Shown here: positions 19,729 through 29,394 of the stretch, in pieces
How the letters are laid out: the number at the start of each line of letters is the position of its first letter
How positions within the stretch are numbered: position 1 is the first letter of the stretch
DNA from: Candidatus Omnitrophota bacterium
GTDB taxonomy: Bacteria; Omnitrophota; Omnitrophia; Omnitrophales; Aquincolibacteriaceae
NCBI GenBank assembly: GCA_035352955.1
Contig: DAOPYQ010000005.1
Span: 45,231-109,230 of the forward strand
Reading direction: 5' to 3'
DNA length: 64,000 bases
Position numbers and translations under genes: made by a program
Notes under the pieces: generated by a model
What the model saw: only the letters and a program-made list of their open reading frames with translations
What the model was told of the DNA's origin: nothing
The model's database searches: none

Positions 19729-22194
19729 TCAGGTCGCTTTTTCGAATGCGACCCGCTCGCCCCGGAGTTCCGCCCGTATTTTGTCGCCGTCCTGGAACTT
19801 GCCACCCAGGATCTCCTCGGCCAGGACGTTTTCGATGTAACGCTGGATCGTCCTCTTGAGCGGACGGGCCCCAAACACCGGGTCATACCCCTGGTCGATA
19901 AGAAACTTAAGGACTTCTTCCGACAAGATCAGTTCCATCTTCTTTTCCTTCAGGCGGTCTTTGACCTCCCCAAGCTCGATGCCAATGATCTGCTCAAGGT
20001 CCTGGCGCGTCAGAGGATGGAAAACAATAATGTCATCCACACGGTTCAGGAACTCCGGACGAAAAACTTTCTTCGTCTCATCCAGAAGCTTCTGCTTTAG
20101 GGAATCGTAATTCATTTCGTCTTTTTGCGGCGTAAACCCTAGATCCCCCTGTTTGCGGACAAGATCCGCGCCGACGTTCGACGTCATGATCACGATGGTG
20201 TTCCGGAAATCCACTTTCCGGCCGAAGGAATCCGTGAGTCGCCCCTCTTCCATCAGCTGAAGAAGGATATTAAAAACGTCCGGATGGGCTTTTTCGATCT
20301 CATCCAGAAGGACCACGGAATAGGGACGACGCCGGACCTTCTCCGTCAATTGCCCGCCCTCTTCGTAGCCAACATATCCGGGAGGCGCACCGACCAGCCT
20401 CGACACATTGAACTTTTCGCCGTATTCCGAACAATCCACGACCACCACAGCATCCTCGTCCCCGAACATAAAATCCGCAAGCGCGCGGGCCAAAAGCGTT
20501 TTCCCGACACCCGTGGGACCGAGAAAAATGAACGTCCCGATCGGCCGCCGTGGATTCCGGAGTCCCGAACGCGAGCGACGGACGGCATGGGCGATTGCAC
20601 GAATGGCTTCGTCCTGCCCGATCACGCGGCGGTGCATTTCATCTTCCATTTTGAGGAGCCTCGCGGTCTCTTTTTCCTCAAGACGCGCAAGCGGCACCCC
20701 GGTCCATTTCGAGACAACGAACGCGATATCTTCTTCCGTAACCTGAACTTCGACTTCGGTCTTCGACTCCTTCCAGCTCTTTTTCATCCGCTGAAGCTCT
20801 TCCTTGGCCTTTCTCTCATCATCACGCATCTTGGCGGCCTTCTCAAAATCCTGCGCCTTGATGGAAGCTTCCTTCTCGCGACGGAGCGACTCGATCTCGA
20901 CCTCGACCTTTTTCAGGTCCTTCGGCATCGTCGTCACCGACAAACGCGCGCGAGAGGCTGCTTCGTCGATAATATCGATCGCTTTATCCGGAAGAAACCG
21001 GCCGGTAATGTAGCGGTCAGAAAGTTTCGCCGCGGCTTCGAGCGCCTCATCGGTGATCTTCACACGATGGTGCGCTTCATATTTATCGCGCAAACCTTTG
21101 AGGATCTGGATCGTATCATCCACAGACGGCGGCTCGACGTTCACGGTCTGGAAACGCCTTGCAAGGGCCGCATCTTTTTCGATGTATTTCCGGTATTCAT
21201 CCAGCGTGGTCGCGCCGATGCACTGGATTTCGCCGCGAGAAAGGGACGGCTTCAAAATATTAGACGCGTCGATCGCGCCTTCCGCGCCGCCGGCGCCGAC
21301 CAACGTGTGCAATTCATCAATGAAGATCATCACATTTTCCGTACGACGGATCTCATCCATCACGGCCTTGATGCGCTCTTCGAACTGCCCGCGGTATTTC
21401 GTACCGGCGACCATCAGCGCAAGATCCAACACCACGATGCGCTTGTCCGCGAGGATCTCCGGAATATCGCCGGCAATGATCTTCTGGGCAAGCCCTTCGA
21501 CAATCGCGGTCTTCCCGACCCCCGCTTCTCCGAGCAGCACGGGATTATTCTTTGTGCGGCGCGCCAGGATCTGGATCACGCGTTCGATCTCATCGCTCCG
21601 TCCCACCACCGGGTCCAACTTCCCGTCGCGCGCAAGCTGCGAAAGATCGCGGCCAAACGCGTCGAGCGCCGGTGTTTTTGTCTTGGCTTTGCTTCCCCCC
21701 GGCCCCTGCGGCCCGCCCATACTCGGCGGAGGCGTGCCGGGTTCACCTCCCGGAGTGGTTGAACCTAGAAGCTTAATGACTTCGGCTCGGACCTTGTTGA
21801 GATCGAGCCCGACGTTCATGAGCACATGGCTCGCAACGCCTTCGCCTTCTTTGATAAGGCCGAGGAGCAAATGCTCCGTCCCGATATAATTATGACCAAG
21901 GCGGCGGGCTTCATCCATCGCAAGCTCGATCACCTTCTTCGCCTTGGGAGTAAACGGAATATCTCCGGACACCACAGTGCTGGGGCCGAACTGCACGAGC
22001 TTTTCGACTTCCAGCCGGATCGTATCGAGCGAAAGACCGAGATTTTGCAGCACGGCCGCCGCGACGCTCTCGCCTTCCTTGATCAGCCCGAGCAGGATAT
22101 GTTCGGTACCGATGTAATCGTGGTTGAAACGCTTCGCCTCTTCTTTGGCAAGAATGATGACTTTACGGGCTCTTTCTGTGAAACGGTCGAACAT
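19729..22194 (-). CDS. clpC: ATP-dependent Clp protease ATP-binding subunit ClpC (two AAA+ modules, UVR domain)
   Basis: Clp N-domain repeats, GEAGVGKT and GPTGVGKT Walker A motifs, and a UVR motif. The start is at the internal ATG (MFDRFTERARKVI), verified in the sequence. Confidence 0.95.
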   Translation of the reverse strand: MFDRFTERARKVIILAKEEAKRFNHDYIGTEHILLGLIKEGESVAAAVLQNLGLSLDTIRLEVEKLVQFGPSTVVSGDIPFTPKAKKVIELAMDEARRLGHNYIGTEHLLLGLIKEGEGVASHVLMNVGLDLNKVRAEVIKLLGSTTPGGEPGTPPPSMGGPQGPGGSKAKTKTPALDAFGRDLSQLARDGKLDPVVGRSDEIERVIQILARRTKNNPVLLGEAGVGKTAIVEGLAQKIIAGDIPEILADKRIVVLDLALMVAGTKYRGQFEERIKAVMDEIRRTENVMIFIDELHTLVGAGGAEGAIDASNILKPSLSRGEIQCIGATTLDEYRKYIEKDAALARRFQTVNVEPPSVDDTIQILKGLRDKYEAHHRVKITDEALEAAAKLSDRYITGRFLPDKAIDIIDEAASRARLSVTTMPKDLKKVEVEIESLRREKEASIKAQDFEKAAKMRDDERKAKEELQRMKKSWKESKTEVEVQVTEEDIAFVVSKWTGVPLARLEEKETARLLKMEDEMHRRVIGQDEAIRAIAHAVRRSRSGLRNPRRPIGTFIFLGPTGVGKTLLARALADFMFGDEDAVVVVDCSEYGEKFNVSRLVGAPPGYVGYEEGGQLTEKVRRRPYSVVLLDEIEKAHPDVFNILLQLMEEGRLTDSFGRKVDFRNTIVIMTSNVGADLVRKQGDLGFTPQKDEMNYDSLKQKLLDETKKVFRPEFLNRVDDIIVFHPLTRQDLEQIIGIELGEVKDRLKEKKMELILSEEVLKFLIDQGYDPVFGARPLKRTIQRYIENVLAEEILGGKFQDGDKIRAELRGERVAFEKAT

Positions 22195-22261
22195 GGAAAC
22201 CTCCGGATCAGTGCTGATGCATTTTAATAACTCTAATAATAACGGAACAATACGGCTTTTC

Positions 22262-23326
22262 TTAAAGGGAGACCTTCGCGAAATGTTCGCGAATGCGCGT
22301 CGCACGGCAGCTGTCGCGCTCAGCCGTGCTCAATTCTTTTCCCATCATCTTTTGAAGGTGCGCGGGCTGGATCAGAAGAAAAAGCTGGTTCAGATCCGTA
22401 TGCGTCGCCTGCCCCTCCAGGATCCCAATATCGACCCCGACCTGCACAAGCGAAAGCAGTTGGATCGCTTCCGCGGAAGACATCATCCTCGCCGCCTTTA
22501 GCGCCGCCAGGGCACGCCAAATCTGGTCTTCCATTTTGGCCCTGCGTTTCTTTTTTAAATATTCCCGCGCTTCGCGCTCATGCGTGATCACCTGACGGAT
22601 AACCCCGTCCAGATCGTCGATAATCTCTTCCTCCCGCTGCCCAAGCGTGATCTGATTCGAAAACTGGAAAAAGTTACCGCTCGCCTGCGTCCCCTCGCCG
22701 TAAAGTCCCCGCACCGCGAGGTTGAGCTTCGAAAGAGCCTGGAGGACCTTGTGCACCTGTTTGGTCAGCACGAGGCTCGGAAGATGCAGCATACATGAGG
22801 CACGGATCCCGGTACCGACATTGGTCGGGCACGCGGTAAGATACCCGAGATTCGCATCAAAGGCATACCCAAGCTGCTTTTCGAGCTCGCTGTCGATCTC
22901 GTCGGCGATCCGCCATGCTTCAATGAGACTCAAACCGGACTGGAAGACCTGAAGACGCAAATGGTCTTCTTCGATCACCATCAAACTCACCATCTCATCC
23001 GGCGTAATTGCCACCGCCGTCTTTCCCTCCTCAAGGATCAGCTCACGGCTCACCAGATGCCGCTCCAAAAGGAATTGACGGTCGAGCTCGGAAAGTTCCC
23101 CGGACGAAATATAAAAAGCTTGTTTGAGAAATTTTGATGCGCGAACAGCCTCTCCGACTTCGCGGATGATTGCTTCGCGCTGTTCCGGCACAAGCTTTGT
23201 CAGGAACGGGAACTTCCCCAAATTTCTCGCCATGCGCAGGCGCGAACTGATCACCACATCGTTCTCCGGGCCGGTCGCAAGAAGCCAGCCGACGGGTTGA
23301 TTGAGAAAACCGTCCAGCTCACTCAT
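22262..23326 (-). CDS. mcsB: Protein-arginine kinase McsB
   Basis: Phosphagen-kinase fold (CPTNVGTGIRASCMLHLPSL); mcsA-mcsB-clpC order. Confidence 0.85.
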   Translation of the reverse strand: MSELDGFLNQPVGWLLATGPENDVVISSRLRMARNLGKFPFLTKLVPEQREAIIREVGEAVRASKFLKQAFYISSGELSELDRQFLLERHLVSRELILEEGKTAVAITPDEMVSLMVIEEDHLRLQVFQSGLSLIEAWRIADEIDSELEKQLGYAFDANLGYLTACPTNVGTGIRASCMLHLPSLVLTKQVHKVLQALSKLNLAVRGLYGEGTQASGNFFQFSNQITLGQREEEIIDDLDGVIRQVITHEREAREYLKKKRRAKMEDQIWRALAALKAARMMSSAEAIQLLSLVQVGVDIGILEGQATHTDLNQLFLLIQPAHLQKMMGKELSTAERDSCRATRIREHFAKVSL

Positions 23327-23840
23327 CTTTCGGTTTCTTTCCTTTTCTCAGCTTCTCTTCCATTTGTTTGATCTGGTCGCGGAGCCGCGCAGCGTCCTCA
23401 AATTTCTCGGACTGCACGCTCTGCCGGAGTTTTTCCTGCAGCAACCGGAGATCGTGAACGCTCCGAACCTCACGAGTGATACGGGAAGGTTTCTTGCCGA
23501 TATGGCAACTTGCGCGCTGAACCTGTTTGATCACCACCGCAAGCGGTTTCAGGAAAGCCGCATAGCAACTCGCGCAACCCAATCGGCCGCTCTTGCCAAA
23601 CTCCTCGTACGTCATCCCGCAGCCCTTGCAAACAAGCGGCGTTTTCTTCCCCGAAGACTCGAGCACCTTATCGAGACCTGGAACGCCCGCAAGAAGATCG
23701 CCAAAATTAAAGTAGGTTTTGAACTCAGTGCCTTTCTCCTCCGCGCAAGCCTCGCAAATATGGACTTCCGCCATTTGGCCGTTCACGATCTCGGTCAAAT
23801 GGATGGTCGCCTCTTTGGTGCCACAAACGTTGCAAATCAT
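23319..23840 (-). CDS. mcsA: McsA, activator of protein-arginine kinase (zinc-finger / UVR-motif protein)
   Basis: CNVCGTKEA...HICEACAEEKG and CKGCGMTYEEF...CASCY zinc fingers, plus a C-terminal UvrB/C motif (FEDAARLRDQIKQMEE). Confidence 0.8.
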   Translation of the reverse strand: MICNVCGTKEATIHLTEIVNGQMAEVHICEACAEEKGTEFKTYFNFGDLLAGVPGLDKVLESSGKKTPLVCKGCGMTYEEFGKSGRLGCASCYAAFLKPLAVVIKQVQRASCHIGKKPSRITREVRSVHDLRLLQEKLRQSVQSEKFEDAARLRDQIKQMEEKLRKGKKPKDE

Positions 23841-23909
23841 GCTTCGGTCAGCTCCCCGACTATAAAAAAATCGCCTTTGTTTAAAATCCGATATTGAAAA
23901 TTTTAGATT
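23841..23909 (-). promoter_or_regulatory. AT-rich intergenic region, presumed promoter/5'UTR of mcsA-mcsB-clpC
   Basis: A 69-bp island of about 70% AT in a GC-rich genome, directly upstream of mcsA, with a GGGGAG RBS 8 nt before the ATG. No canonical CtsR box was found. Confidence 0.4.
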
Positions 23910-24815
23910 TTAGAGAGAATAGCGGACGCCGTCTTTGCGGGTCAAACGGTGAAAATTCTTCAGGAGAAGGTTTGTGATCTTCCCGGGTTTCCCGTCACCG
24001 ATCCCGCGTCCGTCGATCTTCGCCACCGGAATGACCTCCGCAGCCGTCCCCGTAAGGAACACCTCGTCGGCATTGAAAAGATCGTGACGCGTGATGATCC
24101 GTTCTTCGAACGGCAGTTTGATCTTCCCCGCGATCTCAAGGATGGCCTCGCGCGTGATCCCCTTAAGGGCCCCAAGATACGTGGGCGGCGTCAACAGCAC
24201 ATGCCCTTTCAACCCGGTACCCTTGCCGGTTTTTTTGATCATAAAAACGTTATCGCCAGTGCATTCGGTCACATATCCCTGATGATTGAGCATCAGGGCT
24301 TCAATACAGCCGCCGTTCTTCGCTTCGATCTTCGCCATGATATTGTTGAGATAGTTCAAGCTCTTGATCGACGGGTTAATCGCCTCCGGAAGATTCCGGA
24401 CCGTGGGAACCGTAATGATCTCAAGGCCTTTCTGATAAAGTTCCTTGGGATAAAGCGCAATCTTATCGGTAATGATAAAAACCGACGCTTTTTTGCAAAG
24501 CCAAGGCGAAAGACCGAGATCCCCCACCCCGCGCGTCACCACCACCCGAATGTAGGAATCCAGAAGACGGTTCTTGCGGAGCGTGTCAACGATCGCTTTC
24601 TTCATCTCCTCACGCGTCATCGGGATCTTTAGCATGATCGTGTTAGCCGACTCCCAAAGACGCTGAAGATGCCCCTCCAGCTTAAAAACAAGCCCCCGGT
24701 ACGCGCGAATCCCTTCAAACACACCGTCTCCGTACAAAAGACCGTGGTCAAACACCGAGATCTTGGCCTCATGCTTCGGATACCACTTCCCGTCCAAATA
24801 CACCTGATAATCCAT
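23910..24815 (-). CDS. ilvE: Branched-chain-amino-acid aminotransferase
   Basis: GLLYGDGVFEGIRAY class-IV aminotransferase fold. The start was moved to the ATG at 24815, which has an AGGAGAA RBS 6 nt upstream. Confidence 0.85.
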   Translation of the reverse strand: MDYQVYLDGKWYPKHEAKISVFDHGLLYGDGVFEGIRAYRGLVFKLEGHLQRLWESANTIMLKIPMTREEMKKAIVDTLRKNRLLDSYIRVVVTRGVGDLGLSPWLCKKASVFIITDKIALYPKELYQKGLEIITVPTVRNLPEAINPSIKSLNYLNNIMAKIEAKNGGCIEALMLNHQGYVTECTGDNVFMIKKTGKGTGLKGHVLLTPPTYLGALKGITREAILEIAGKIKLPFEERIITRHDLFNADEVFLTGTAAEVIPVAKIDGRGIGDGKPGKITNLLLKNFHRLTRKDGVRYSL

Positions 24816-24854
24816 AGAGTTCTCCTGGTTCATGCTGGGGAACGCGCCCCAGAT

Positions 24855-25580
24855 TTATTTCGGATTGATAATATCTTCGGGCTTTAGCGAAACCGGCGGC
24901 CTCGATACAAGCACACCGTCCTGCAAATGATACGACCGTTCGTACTTCGCGGCCATTTCCTCATCGTGGGTTACGATCAAAAACGCCTGGCCTTCCTCTC
25001 GGTTCAATTCGTTGATCAACCCCATCACCGACGCAGCTGTTTCGGCATCCAGGTTCCCGGTCGGCTCATCACACAATACGACCGACGGATGGTTCACAAG
25101 CGCCCGGGCAATCGCCACCCGCTGTTGCTCCCCGCCCGAAAGTTCGGAAGGATAATGCGTGCGGCGGTTCCAGAGACGCACGCGCTTCAAGACATCTTTC
25201 GTCCAGTTCTTGTTCGGCTTCCCCGCGATCAGCGTCGGCAAAAGCACGTTCTCGTAAACCGTCAGCTCCGGAAGAAGATGATAGAACTGGAACACAAACC
25301 CGACATGGCGGTTGCGAACCCGCGCCAGTTCCCGCTCGGACATCTCGGTCATATCCTTACCGTCAAAAAGGATCTTCCCAAAATCCGGACGATCGAGTCC
25401 TCCCAAAAGGTGCAAAAGCGTGGATTTACCGCAACCGGATTTTCCGGTAATAAAAACCATTTCGCCTTTGCGGAGGATCACCTGAACCGACCGGAGAATT
25501 TCCAGTGTCCCGGCAGGGGTTTCATATTTTTTTCTGACATCAAACGCGCTGAGGAGCGGAACTTCTACAAGATTATTCAT
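24855..25580 (-). CDS. lolD: Lipoprotein-releasing system ATP-binding protein LolD
   Basis: GKSGCGKSTLLHLL, LSGGEQQRVAIARAL, VLCDEPTGNLD; paired with a LolC/E permease. Confidence 0.8.
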   Translation of the reverse strand: MNNLVEVPLLSAFDVRKKYETPAGTLEILRSVQVILRKGEMVFITGKSGCGKSTLLHLLGGLDRPDFGKILFDGKDMTEMSERELARVRNRHVGFVFQFYHLLPELTVYENVLLPTLIAGKPNKNWTKDVLKRVRLWNRRTHYPSELSGGEQQRVAIARALVNHPSVVLCDEPTGNLDAETAASVMGLINELNREEGQAFLIVTHDEEMAAKYERSYHLQDGVLVSRPPVSLKPEDIINPK

Positions 25581-26877
25581 AGCGAAGCGCCTCCACAGGC
25601 CGCAAACTTGCGGCACGGTGAGCCGGATAGAACCCGGCAATGACCGCCGCGATCAACGCAAAACCCACGATCATCACAACATCCGGGATGTGAACCTCGG
25701 ACGGAATACGGTCAAAAAGATAGATGTCGCTCGGGAACACTTCAAGCCCCGTGGTCTCCTTCAAAAAATCCGCCACCGGGTTCAGATTGTACGCAAGTAA
25801 AAGCCCGCACACGGCGCCCAGCATGATACCGAGAGAGCCGATGCTGAACCCTTCGAGAACAAAGATCTTCCGGATGTTCATCCGCGTCGCGCCGAGCGCC
25901 CGCAAAATCCCGATATCTTTCGTCTTCTCCATAACCACCATCGTCAGCGTCGAGATAATGTTGAACGCCGCGACCAGAATGATAAGCCCCAAAAGGATCG
26001 TCATCACGCTTTTCTCGACTTTAAGAGCCTGGAAGAAATTCTGATTCATGTCATACCAGGAGCGAAAATAATAATCACTTGTAAAATCTCCGGAGAGGGT
26101 CCACTTCCATTTTTCGGCCTGATCCACGTTCTGAAAACGCATGCTGATCCCGGTCACCTTAGTGCCGAGTTGGTAGACCTTCTGGGCCTGCGAGATGTCC
26201 ACAAGCGCCAGAGACGTGTCAAAATCGTTCATGCCTACACGAAAAACCCCGCGCACCAGGAAGGTCCAGCTCCGCACGTGCGGAAGAGGAAGCAGCGGAT
26301 TGGTTTTTTCCGGAATGGGTGTGATCAGGCTGACCACGTCGCCCACCTGAACGCCCAGCGAATGGGCGAGATTCTCACCGATAAAAACACTGCCGTGGCG
26401 CGTCTCGATCTTCCGCTTGAAGAACCACAAAAACCGTTTCTTCTCTACCTGCACGGAATCCTGGAAGTTAAGGGTTCCCGACACCATATGTTTGTCAAAA
26501 ATGCTAAGGTCCTCGCCGTTCGGGTCGAGACCTTTCACCACCACACCGGACGCGTTTTTTGTGCTACGAAGAATCGCCTGCCCCTCGACAAACCGGGAGA
26601 TAGACACGAGCCCGGGGATATTGTGAGCACGGATCTTTGCGAGATCCGCCCCGGAATCCTCGATCCCGTCCACCTTATCAATCCTGAGGTGCGGCTGAAC
26701 GCCCACGATCTTTGCTTTCAGTTCACGATCGAACCCGCTCATCACGGCCAGCACCACAATCAGCGCCATCACGCCGACCGCCACGCCGCCGATCGATATG
26801 AAAGAAATGAGAGAAATAAAACCGGTCTTGCGCCGACGCGTCAGATGCCGCTTGGCAATGAAAAATTCGAAGCCCAT
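25573..26877 (-). CDS. lolC: Lipoprotein-releasing system permease, LolC/LolE family
   Basis: MacB/FtsX-like topology with a large periplasmic loop between TM1 and TM2. The start is the ATG at 26877, next to the lysS stop. Confidence 0.75.
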   Translation of the reverse strand: MGFEFFIAKRHLTRRRKTGFISLISFISIGGVAVGVMALIVVLAVMSGFDRELKAKIVGVQPHLRIDKVDGIEDSGADLAKIRAHNIPGLVSISRFVEGQAILRSTKNASGVVVKGLDPNGEDLSIFDKHMVSGTLNFQDSVQVEKKRFLWFFKRKIETRHGSVFIGENLAHSLGVQVGDVVSLITPIPEKTNPLLPLPHVRSWTFLVRGVFRVGMNDFDTSLALVDISQAQKVYQLGTKVTGISMRFQNVDQAEKWKWTLSGDFTSDYYFRSWYDMNQNFFQALKVEKSVMTILLGLIILVAAFNIISTLTMVVMEKTKDIGILRALGATRMNIRKIFVLEGFSIGSLGIMLGAVCGLLLAYNLNPVADFLKETTGLEVFPSDIYLFDRIPSEVHIPDVVMIVGFALIAAVIAGFYPAHRAASLRPVEALRYE

Positions 26878-26878
26878 A

Positions 26879-28303
26879 TCAAGCCTCCGTTCCTCTTTGT
26901 TCTTCCGGTTGTCCTTCCACATCTTCAGATTTTTTCTGAGGTTTCAGCTGAGGGAACAGGATCACATCGCGAATCGACGCCTGGTTCGTGAGAAGCATCA
27001 CAAGCCGGTCGATCCCGATCCCGAGACCGCCGGCGGGCGGCATCCCGTATTCCAACGCCATCAAAAAATCCTCATCGATCTCTTTGCTTTCGCCGATCAG
27101 TTCTTTTTGATCGTTCAACCGCTCGCGCTGGACCGCCGGATCGTTCAGTTCGGAAAAAGCATTCGCGATCTCCATCTTCGCCACAAAAAGTTCGAAGCGG
27201 TACACAAGCGCCGGGTCCTCGACCTTCGCCTTCGCGAGCGGCGTCATGACGGTCGGGTAATCGATCACAAACACCGGATCCCAGAAATCCTTCTCGACTT
27301 TCTCCCCAAAAATTTCGTTCAGGATATCGATATCTTCCATGTCTTTATCGACCTCGATATGGAATTTCTTGGCAGCCTCTCGGATATTCGCCGTCCTAAA
27401 ATCGATCCCGGTCGCTTCCTGAAGCGCCCCGTAAAAAGAAACACGCTTCCACGGCGTCTTAAAACTGAGCGTTCTATCACCGTACGGGACCTCGTCCTTG
27501 CCGTAGAGCATCATGACAAGTGAATGCACCATCGTCTCGGTGATCGCCATCATGTCATTGTAGTCCGCATAGGCCTGATAAAGCTCGAGCATCGTGAATT
27601 CCGGATTATGACGAACCGAAATGCCTTCGTTACGGAAATTGCGGTTGATTTCATAAACCTTCTCAAAACCGCCGACCAGAAGCCGCTTGAGATAAAGTTC
27701 CGGCGCCACGCGGAGATAGAGATCGGTGTGAAGCGTGTGGTGATGCGTCACGAAAGGCTTGGCACGGGCGCCGCCGGCCAGGGGCTGCATCATCGGCGTC
27801 TCAACTTCCATAAACCCTTGCTTGTCAAGGAACGCGCGGATCTCGCGGATAATCCGGCTCCGTGCTTTGAACGTCGCGCGAACTTCATCGTTTGAAATCA
27901 GATCCACATAACGGTGGCGGTAGCGGGTCTCAACGTCCTTAAGCCCATGCCACTTTTCCGGAAGCGTTCGAACAATCTTGGAAAGACGCTCGAACTTCTC
28001 GACTTTGATCGTAGGCTCGCCCGTCCGGGATTTGAAAAGTTCCCCTTCAACACCGAGGATATCCCCGAGAGAAAATTCTTTCTGAAAAAGCCTGTAATTC
28101 TCTTCGCCAAGGGTGTCCCTTTTAGCGTACATTTGCATACGCCCTCCCTCGTCCTTCAGATCCCCAAAGGTACTCTTCCCCATATCACGGCGGGTCATCA
28201 GACGGCCTGCCACTCTGACCTTCCGTCCCTCCTGAAAATTCGCGCGAAGATCCGCGATTGAATCGATGGGGAGAAACCTGTGTCCGTAATCAGATGAGCT
28301 CAT
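26879..28303 (-). CDS. lysS: Lysine--tRNA ligase (class II)
   Basis: OB-fold N-domain and class II motifs (FMEVETPMMQ, YEINRNFRNEG, GGLGIGIDRLVMLLT). Confidence 0.95.
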   Translation of the reverse strand: MSSSDYGHRFLPIDSIADLRANFQEGRKVRVAGRLMTRRDMGKSTFGDLKDEGGRMQMYAKRDTLGEENYRLFQKEFSLGDILGVEGELFKSRTGEPTIKVEKFERLSKIVRTLPEKWHGLKDVETRYRHRYVDLISNDEVRATFKARSRIIREIRAFLDKQGFMEVETPMMQPLAGGARAKPFVTHHHTLHTDLYLRVAPELYLKRLLVGGFEKVYEINRNFRNEGISVRHNPEFTMLELYQAYADYNDMMAITETMVHSLVMMLYGKDEVPYGDRTLSFKTPWKRVSFYGALQEATGIDFRTANIREAAKKFHIEVDKDMEDIDILNEIFGEKVEKDFWDPVFVIDYPTVMTPLAKAKVEDPALVYRFELFVAKMEIANAFSELNDPAVQRERLNDQKELIGESKEIDEDFLMALEYGMPPAGGLGIGIDRLVMLLTNQASIRDVILFPQLKPQKKSEDVEGQPEEQRGTEA

Positions 28304-28423
28304 TTACAATTGTCCTTATGCCTTGATTTGAAATGATTTAAGACGATCAGCGGTGCGATTATATGCCAGTTTCAAGATGGGGTCAATCAGCGTCAGGAGG
28401 GAAAGCACGTACGGAGCGAAAAT

Positions 28424-29098
28424 TCAAGCCCGGATCTTCCATAGCCGTACCAGAATGATCTCCTGAGGGCGGGTCATGCGGTCGATCAGAAGTTGGGCGT
28501 CGCGTTCGAAGAATTTTTCGGACTCCCCGCCTCCGAAGTCCTTCATCTTGAGCTTCAGCGACGAAAGCAGGAAATTCGTCTTGTAGGACGCGATCACAAG
28601 CTTCCGCACACGTTCTTCGAAATACCGGATTTGAATGTTCTTTTCGTCCGAAGAATCCGTTTTCTCAAAAACAAAGATAAGGTATTCATCCTGGGCCGAC
28701 TTGATCTGTTGAAAATACTCCCCAGGTTTTGCGTCCTGAAAATAAACCGATTGGGGCATGCTCAAAAAACGCGCACCCCCCTCGGCCTCGCGAAAGATCC
28801 GGTAGACCGTCACGCGCGTTCCCGGCAACCGGGTCTTCCATTGCGCCGCAAGCGAATCTCCTTCGCGAACTCCGAGCGCATAGACCCGGAAAAACTCATA
28901 CCCTCGCGCCTTATTGTTCCGTTTCACTAAAAGCCGGAGAGGCCTCGTACCAAGCCCGGAAAGATCCTGAACCGTCACATTTCCCGGCTTTCCATTCAAG
29001 GATATCTGGGGAGGAGGATAAGCGTTCTCTCCGGCCGCAAGAACATGCGCGCCGGTGAAGAGCCCGAGAAGCATCACAAACACCGTTCGTTTATTCAC
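28424..29098 (-). CDS. Hypothetical secreted protein
   Basis: Signal peptide KRTVFVMLLGLFTGAHVLAAGE. The start is uncertain (GTG at 29098 or ATG at 29071). No recognisable domain. Confidence 0.4.
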   Translation of the reverse strand: MNKRTVFVMLLGLFTGAHVLAAGENAYPPPQISLNGKPGNVTVQDLSGLGTRPLRLLVKRNNKARGYEFFRVYALGVREGDSLAAQWKTRLPGTRVTVYRIFREAEGGARFLSMPQSVYFQDAKPGEYFQQIKSAQDEYLIFVFEKTDSSDEKNIQIRYFEERVRKLVIASYKTNFLLSSLKLKMKDFGGGESEKFFERDAQLLIDRMTRPQEIILVRLWKIRA

Positions 29099-29394
29099 AC
29101 ACCCTCCGCTGAAAGGCACTCTTTTCTCCCGATCATTGTCAGGAAGATTCCTTTTGGATTTATTCCTGCCAAACCCCCGCCGGAAACGTTTCTCAAACCG
29201 GATCTGCAAATTCCCTGTTGGCCGTTTGAAAATCTTCGGATAAATCCCGTCCGATTTCCGGAGCGGGGTGACATTGTGAGACGTGAAACACATGCGCCGC
29301 AAAAAAAATCGCGAAAGAAACGATCTCCATGAAAATCATAACCACGAGCAATATTTTCAACCCGGATGACTTTCTTGATCGGGCGTTTCTTGCT

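Noticed and set aside
20284-21762. 492-aa + strand ORF antisense to clpC
   Set aside because: Shadow ORF; clpC on the minus strand has both AAA+ modules.
23936-23953. CtsR-box-like direct repeat GGTCAAAcGGTGAAA
   Set aside because: It lies inside the ilvE coding region. The heptad spacing is 1 nt rather than 3, and the second repeat is imperfect. No ctsR gene is present, so it is most likely chance.
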